Assembly (NCBI GenBank): GCA_043228905.1
Contig: JBHGNT010000017.1
Span: 8,184,001-8,248,000, forward strand
Source: Azolla caroliniana
Taxonomy: Eukaryota > Plantae > Polypodiophyta
DNA: 64,000 nucleotides
Direction of reading: 5' to 3'
The position numbers and the translations under genes were made by a program. This document shows, piece after piece, positions 56,798 through 64,000 of this stretch (position 1 is its first letter; the number at the start of each line of letters is the position of its first letter). The notes below the pieces were generated by a model. That model saw only the letters and a program-made list of their open reading frames with translations. It was not told where the DNA came from and made no database searches.

Positions 56798-59700
56798 TAT
56801 TAGATTCAATAAAAAATGAAGAAATAGAAGAAAATAGCAAAATAAATGGAACATGCATAGGGCAAGATTCGAACCTTGCACCTCCATGTTAATAATGTAA
56901 TGTCTTACCATTACACTAGCATTTCATTAGTGTTAAAGCATAGATGTCCCACATAGAAAGGTAAATTCACGCTAGGATAAACATTAGAAAAACGCATAAC
57001 AAAAGAAAAAGCTACACATACACATCTAGCGTGCATGATAAAAAACGCACAAGTTAGAAAAAAGCATGATCACTTTAGATAAAGCATATAGTCTATCTAT
57101 AGGAAAAGCATGGGGTCTATAGTTAGAGAAAAAGCATGGATTGCTAAGACTTCCTCATCACTACATAAGGATGGGGAGCACAATGTAATTGTGTGTGAAA
57201 AATATTTGGAAACTAGATATGTTTCTAAAAAACACCAATTAATAAACTATACTCGTGGGATTCACGAGAATTCTATATCATTCTCTTTCAACCGAAGTTT
57301 ATATTCTTATATTCATATTGATTAATCTAATACAATACACTCGTGGGATTCACGAGTTTGCTATAACTCTTTTTTACAACATATTTATATTCTTATTAGC
57401 CTTAAAACTCTCTTCTTCCTAGTCCAAAACCCCAGTGGTTCCCACCCGACTCACGCAAACGATCCGGAGCCGAAAGGCACGACACCGTGGTAGTCGATCC
57501 CGTCAAGTCGGTGTCATCAACCCATTGGCGACGCTTGTCGAGCCTATTGCATGCCCGCTTCACCGCGATCCAATCTGCTACGAGCCCATTTGCTTGGGTA
57601 TCATCTTCGAGAAGAGTCCCCAACTCCCATCTATCCTTTATGTCCACGGCCTTCAAGAAGTACAAAGTCTTGTCCTCTTCAAGCAACACTTGGTCCGTAT
57701 TGGGGAGACGACTAAACATCTGGTCGAATTCGTCGTACACCCTCGAGACGCTCATCTTCTTATTCTTCTTCTCTATCCACTTCATCAGGGCATGTCGAGT
57801 CATCCTCGTTGAGTCTTCAGTCACGAACTCCGCTAGTATCATTTTCTCGAACTCGGACCATGTTGTCTTACCTTCTTGAAGCTCAATGACGCGTCTTTGG
57901 ATGTTGTTGGCGACAACTCTCTTGAAGCTTGCGATTTGACGTGCCTCAGACACGTCCCTCTGATTCATCTCCCTTCTATATGCATCAAGGAACTTCGTAA
58001 CATTCCTTCCATCGAATTGGCCCTCGAGCTCTACGACACGATCGACAGCCTTCTCCATGCTCGCGTCGTTGTCCCGAGATCTCATCATTTGCTCGACGAT
58101 TAGCATCATCCTTTCGAGCTCTCCTGCTTGGTTGCTTGAGGACGCCATCTCCAAGTATTAATCTCGACTTGATCCTTCCTACCACCTCTTTCACGTCGGG
58201 TTCACCACTTAATTATGTCGTGAAGATCCGTCACTACGCGCGGATCGTGAGGTGGAACCGTCGGGGTTCTGGACCGGAAAGATTCAAAGTCGGTACAAGC
58301 TTTTTGTAAGCTTTAGCGAGAAAGTACTTAAGATAGATTGGGAAAGAGAGAAGTTGAGATCACCCGATTGAGAGAGATTGATTGAAGTTTAACTTTAGAT
58401 TTAAGAAACAAGTTACACGATCAATTTGATAATGAATCTCTTCCTCTTAATTTTCATAAAAAAAACCGTGTTTTTTCTCCTCCCCCTTCCCTCTTTTATA
58501 GATGCTCTCATGCATATGATGCATGTGAGGGTACAAGACATGCATAAATTGCATGTTTGCCATTTGGCGCTTATGTATTACATGTGGTGCATGATAACCA
58601 TGTCACTCATTTTAGTTCTCATGTATGAGAATTTACATGTAAAAGTACAATGATAGAAATATAATTTCAACTAAATAGCATGGCTTAATGGTAAGCCAAT
58701 TGACTCCTAACTTGGAGGTGCAAGGTTTGAATCCTTACTTGCCCTCCTTGTATATGTAAATATGTATATATATTTATATATTTATTTATCTAGTCGTCGG
58801 ACGCCGGTTCGCCGGATACCAGTGCGTCGTCGGATGCCGTCGGTTACCGTTGCCGTCGCCGGATGCCGTCGGTTACCGGTGCGTCGCCGGATACTGGTGC
58901 CGCCACTGGATGCCGTTGGTTACCGGTGCCTCGCCGGATCACCGGCTCCATCGCCGGTCCGGTTTTGGTTGGCCAAAACCCTTTACAAGTAGTTAGCCCA
59001 CCTCCACTCTTAGTTCAAGTTACCTTGAACTCTCTATGCTCCACACATAGACACAAAGATAATATCTTTTGCTCCACCTTATATATGATGAGAGCTGTAT
59101 TTGTCGTGCCTATGTGGGATATCTCACAATTTTCTCCTTTCCTTTTACAAACTTTATACCCTCATATCTTGACATTTAGTTGTCCGTTTCTCGTGTAATA
59201 AAGTGCATTCGAAACCTCCATCATTTTGTACTTAGATATTAAATCTATTTAAAATGTTATCTTCACAATTATTGTACTATGTGATTCATACTCGATTTCA
59301 TACGTTTTATGGGATTTTCACTCTATTGCCGAAAATCTTCACGACAACGTGTGCATATGTTCACATACGTATAGACTCACAACTACATTTATGCCCCCTA
59401 CACATACACAACAACATCATGATAACATTCGACCCTCGCTCATCACACTTGACTCTCCGTACATCTCCTACGGGGTAACACAATATGGCACGCCCGTGGG
59501 AGAGTGTCTTGCACGTCGATCCCGCATGCCTTGATGATGATATTTCTTCGACCGGAACTTCCATCGGTCCTTTCAACGATCGACTCCCTCGATCGGAGTG
59601 CTTGACTCGAACATCTTTGTCGGTCAGCAAATCTTTACGCGACACGAACATTCTCGTTCTGTCGGCTTACGAACTTCGTCATGGGTCCAAAATCATATCG

Positions 59701-62080
59701 TGTATATGTATGTTCTTCCTTTGTTTTGAGTGTGTGTGAGTGAGTAGTCTTGGTGCCCTCTTGTTTTTTTAATATGTACCCTCGAGTTTTGAAAATTTCA
59801 TTTAGTACCCCCAAGTTTCTGAAATTTTAGGCTCTACCCTCAACATTTTAAAATTTCTTCGCATGCCCCTCTCTTCTCTTTTTCCCTCTAATTTTTTTTC
59901 CTTGTTTTCTTCTTTTTCTCTTGCATCTGTCGTTTCCCTCCTTCCTCGGTTTTGTGCCTTCTCTTCTTCCATGACTTCTTCCTCTTCCTTCTCTGTTCCT
60001 TCTTTTGATTCTTTCGAGAGTTGTGTTTCGTCTTCTATTATGTATTCTATTTCTTTGTTTGCATCTTCTATGTTGTTTCCTATCGTAGCCCTATCATAGC
60101 TTTCTCCTCCTCCTTCTCTTCTTCTTTTCTTGTCTCTGTTTTGGTGTTTTGAAGAATGGGGAGGAACGACATCTCCATTGTCGTTGCCGTCTTTGTTGAT
60201 GTTTCGCTTTTTGGCTCTATTCGACTGTTTGTTTGGTAGCCGTTAAGACGTTGTCTGCTATTCGGTAACTCTCAGGTCGCCAGCTCTGTTTGGTCCGGCA
60301 TTGTCTGTTGGTCTCTTTCCGACCCTCAGTTTGGCCTCCGCTTTCCAACCTCTCCGGCCTTTGTCTATCTCGTGGCCGCTGTCAAAGTCTTTGTCGGTTT
60401 CCGTCAGTTTGAGTCCGCTTCTGTGTCTCCGGCTCCCTTGCGGTTCTCCGGCTCCGTTGTCGTCTCCTTCTCCGTTCCGGCGCCGTTCGACCGCTCCGAC
60501 CGCTCTCCGGTCGGCGCTTTTCCGGCCTCTCGTCAGTCTTTGTCGGTGTCGCCGTTCTGGCCATCGATCCGTCTTCGTCCGGCCCGTTCCAGTCGTAGTT
60601 TGGTCCATTCCGACTGGTTTTCCGGCAGTCGGTTCGGCTGTTGTCCAGCTGCTCCCATCTTTATCCATTTCGGTCTTGCTTTTCTCAAGCTTTCCACTGT
60701 TCGACCTCTGTCCGGTAGACTCCATCTTCGGCCAGTGTCTCTCCGGTCTTCTTTCGGCGTCATCATTGTTGCTGCTGTCGGTTGTCGAGCTGCTGTCGTC
60801 GCTACAGCCCCTATCCGGCCATTCTGCATGCTGTCCGACCACTCCGGTCACTTCTTGGCCGTCGTTCCGGTCGCTTTACGGCCGTTGTCTGGCTATTCCG
60901 GCCCCGTCCGGTCGTCACTATCTTTCTGGCCCTTCCGTTGTCTGATTTTGGCCATCCATCCGGTGTCTCTTTTCGTTTTCGACGTCTTTCGGGCTGTATT
61001 CTTCCGGTTCATTCCGTTCTCTTCCCGTTTCTTCTTTCCGGACCATTTCATCGTGTTTATGTATTGTCTCCGGCCCCCATCTGTGGCTTTCTGCATCACG
61101 TCGTCTCGTCCGACTTCTCTGTTTCTGGCTATGTCGTGTGTCCGTTTGGCATGTTCGATCATCCCTTTGTTGTCCAGCCCGTCCGTTGTCCGTCTTTGTC
61201 TAGTGTGTATCTGGCCGGCCAATCTGGCCATCTTCCTCTCCGTTCTGGCTATGGTTCGGTTATGTCTTTTCGGCCGCCTCTGCAACCTTCTGATCATCGT
61301 TGCTATTCTGGCCGTCGTCCGTCCGGTGTTGTTGGTTTCTCTGGTCGTCGATGTCTGGTTTGCGTTTGCATCTCTTCTTTGTCTTCTATGGTCCTTCGGT
61401 GTTAACCAACTCTGGTTCTTGTTCCGATTCTGGTTCCGACTCTCTCCGTGTTGTTTCTTCTTGAACCATTGCCTGTGCATTCTCAGCACATCCTGCCGGT
61501 TTCCGCTCCACACACTGCAACTTTCTCCGCAGTCTCCTGGTGGGCTTCTCTTTTCGATTGTGTTGACACCGGTTCCCTCTGCGTTGTTGTTTGTCCAGCC
61601 GTGCATCTTGCACCACGCTTTTGAGAACACGCACATTGTCGCTAACCGCTTTTGGAAACACGCACATGGACACTAATCGCAACCTCGCACAAACATTGTT
61701 GCCATTCATGCATTCCTCCATAGACTTCCTCCAACATCTTCACCGTCATTTCCGCGTTTTACCATTTCTTGCACTTAGTCGCTATGGCTTGCACATCCGC
61801 GTATCATTCTTCGACTCCGTTTCCAAAGGGGGGTCGCCTTAGTGGTCGCCAAAAGGTGTTGTACATTTTAGGGTTAGGGTTAATGGTAATGATGATTATC
61901 GATGACGAAGATAGAAATGGTGGAATAGTGAAGATGGTGGAGAGTATGATGGTGAGAGAGATTGAGATGAAGATGTTGAGAATCATTGAGAAGCATTGTG
62001 GGGTGGGGGGTGGTGCCTAGAATGGCTCCACCCACCTCCCAAGGGGGTTCAACGTTAAGGGGAGAGAGAGGAAAAGAGAT

Positions 62081-62142
<62 letters not shown>

Positions 62143-62918
62143 TTATTCCTCTTTCATTCATTCCCTATAAGGGGTTAAATAGTATAAGAGGGGGTAGATA
62201 CATACGGGTGTAAGCCCCCTCGAGCATTCATACTGGACACTCACTCACACCTCCTCGTATCCATCCACATGCACACACGTGTGCATGTGTTCACATACGT
62301 ATAGACTCACGACTACATTTATGCCCCCTACACATACACAACAACATCATGATAACATTCGACCCTCACTCATCACACTTGACTCTCCGTACATCTCTTA
62401 CGAGGTAACATAAGTGACAACAACAAATAACAAGATCAAGATTCACACCAACTTATGCATCAGTAATGGCGCAATCATCCCCAAGGCAAACATATAGCCT
62501 TGCTCCAACTCCAAGGCAAACATGTAGTCCAGTCCCAATGGATAGTCCTACACCCATGGAGATCAATATGACTCAATGACGAGGACCGTTGTCGGACGAA
62601 GAGAAGCAACGACGCCGAGCAAACCGTCTGTGCTTATATTGCGGAGGTCCAGGACATATAGCCATTCATTGCTCCCGTAGGCCGAGACATCAGGTAAATC
62701 AAATTCACTATGACAATAAAAATGAGTCCAACATTTTAGACGCAGTTAGTGAATTTAATATTATGAATAATCCACCCTTGTCCAATAAGTTTGAAGTCCT
62801 AAACCAATTAGAAGAGGAGTCAAACGAATAAGTCCGGCCAAAATAGGAGCCATTTGGTTGGACAACCCGAGATATGTACAAGCTAGTGTGGGTTCCATTT
62901 CTTCCAAGCATGTTAGTA

Positions 62919-64000
62919 TGTTGGGAAGTCGGTCCCTCCGGTGTGTGTAATGGAGAGTAAACATCCTATGTACTCTCTATTGTTCATGTGTGTACGTGCG
63001 TTCACCCTCTACTTCCCATTACTATGTTTGATTCTCATTGAAGTGATTCAAGACTCGGTTGTGACCGAGCAATATTCCGCACTATTTCCTTCAATCTAGT
63101 ATCAGAGCGAACAACACAGGAAATGGAAGAATCGTTCGGCGGCATGTTCAAGCTCACTGGCTCCAACTACTCAGTGTGGAAGTCGAAGATGAGGGATATG
63201 CTAGTGGTTAAAGATCTTTGGTTCCCGGTTCAGTTCGGAGACAAGAGACTGGATAAGATCGACGCCACAGTGTGGGAGGTGATGCACATGAAGACGACGG
63301 CATACATCCGGTGCTTCATCGACATGAGCCTATACAACAATTTCAATGACGAGAGCAAGGTTCATGAACTCTGGGAGAAGATCGGCATCATGTTCCAGAA
63401 CAAGAATGCTATTAATCGGGTTTCGGTATTCCGGAAGTTAGTGAGGCTTCGGTACCAAGATGGCTCCAATATGGCGGAGCACATGTATGCCTTCCAGGGG
63501 CTAATACATCAAGCTACCTCGTTGGAAGTACCTCTCACGGATGAGGTACTTGCATTGCTCTTGCTCGGTTCCCTCCCGGATAGTTGGGAGACGTTAGTTG
63601 TCACGTTGGGCAACGCCGGGCCGGAAGGAAAGCAGTTGTCCCTAGCAAGGGTAAAATCAAGCTTCCTAGATGAAGAAGCTCACCTAAACGACCGGGAGTT
63701 CGGAACCGATCCAAAGGCCTTGGTTATAGAAGATGACCACAACCAGAGAAGAGGCTGGTATCGGAGTCCCCAAAACTGGGACAAATCAGGGATGAGGTCG
63801 AAGTCAAGGGGGAGGCCTACTTGCTTCTAATGTGGGAAGCCGGGGCACTTCCAGAAAAACTGTCGGCATTTCCGGAAAGAGAAAGGAACCGACAGTGCCG
63901 ATTCGAAGAAGGGTTTGGACCAAAAAGGCTCGAATTGGAAGGGAATGTCGGCAATCACGACAAGTGAAGAAGAACTGATGCTCATTATCGAGGAGGATGC
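62919..64000 (+). mobile_element. Ty1/copia 5' end (internally deleted LTR 62919-63093, mutated PBS, gag from 63123); runs off the window end
   Basis: TGTTGGGAAG..GGTCCCTCCGG LTR start. TAGTATCAGAGC at 63097. gag nearly identical to the one at 42683. Confidence 0.9.

Larger units (their letters stand above)
54002..57484 (+). mobile_element. Young non-autonomous (gag-only) LTR element of the tRNA-Trp lineage, inserted in the gag of the 47633 element
   Basis: 729-bp LTRs 54002-54730 and 56756-57484 (2 differences seen). PBS TGGTGAACCCGACGTGAA 54735. TSD CCAT/CCGT; removing 4 bp restores the host gag frame. Confidence 0.96.
47633..59346 (-). mobile_element. Ty3/gypsy retrotransposon, tRNA-Trp-primed lineage (5' LTR 58216-59346, 3' LTR 47633-48762)
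   Basis: ~1130-bp LTRs with 12-bp inverted termini TGTCGTGAAGAT/ATCTTCACGACA. 4-bp TSD ACGT. PBS 58207-58190. gag (58154-57485 + 54001-53282), PR (LIDHGSEIN), RT/RH/INT (51648-48835). Confidence 0.96.
47236..62410. mobile_element. Non-autonomous LTR element (Tat-like PBS motifs); LTRs 47236-47632 + 59351-59480 and 61857-62410; internal region 59481-61856
   Basis: TGTTG..TAACA LTR pair. TSD TAAGC/TAAGT. No recognisable RT or integrase. Orientation ambiguous: strand composition suggests minus. Confidence 0.9.
41946..62831 (+). mobile_element. Chromovirus-like (Tcn1/Tf1/sushi-type) Ty3/gypsy remnant, outermost host of the nest: LTR 41946-42017 + 46249-46451; gag 46516-47235 + 62416-62831
   Basis: LPAKFDGSR..RGFLNQ, LRQG..ASTYA..F, CDNRL, PTPMEI, LSDEEKQRRRANRLCLYCGGPGHIAIHC. 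The pieces rejoin when the inserts are removed at their TSDs. Confidence 0.82.

Noticed and set aside
60258-61721. Long overlapping ORFs (434, 247, 214, 207, 197 aa) as real genes or an env-like protein
   Set aside because: Low-complexity, strand-biased sequence depleted of stops in several frames. No recognisable domain.

Overview
Land-plant nuclear DNA, probably from a non-seed plant such as a fern or lycophyte (inferred from the retrotransposon types). About 80% of the window is nested LTR retrotransposon. A gene island of about 9 kb holds two convergent host genes: an 8-exon TLDc-domain gene (+, 11476-16876, with one GC-AG intron) and an intronless organelle-targeted RRM gene (-, 19182-19709). 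The rest comprises several Ty1/copia elements (one nearly intact, 23069-28587), a Ty3/gypsy gag with three zinc knuckles, a 100-N assembly gap, and a four-level nest at 41946-62831. The most unusual signals are these. (1) A Ty3/gypsy lineage present in three copies that is tRNA-Trp-primed and makes 4-bp CpG-centred target duplications; its two autonomous copies have a DHG protease motif and a GGATTTT frameshift site after the protease. (2) Two otherwise dissimilar LTR families of that lineage carry a conserved antisense tRNA-like A-box/B-box cassette inside their LTRs. (3) A non-autonomous element has inward-facing tRNA-Arg primer-binding-site motifs at both internal ends and no polypurine tract adjacent to an LTR. 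(4) A chromovirus-like element shows a Tf1-type self-priming signature. All calls were made by eye and no database searches were run.
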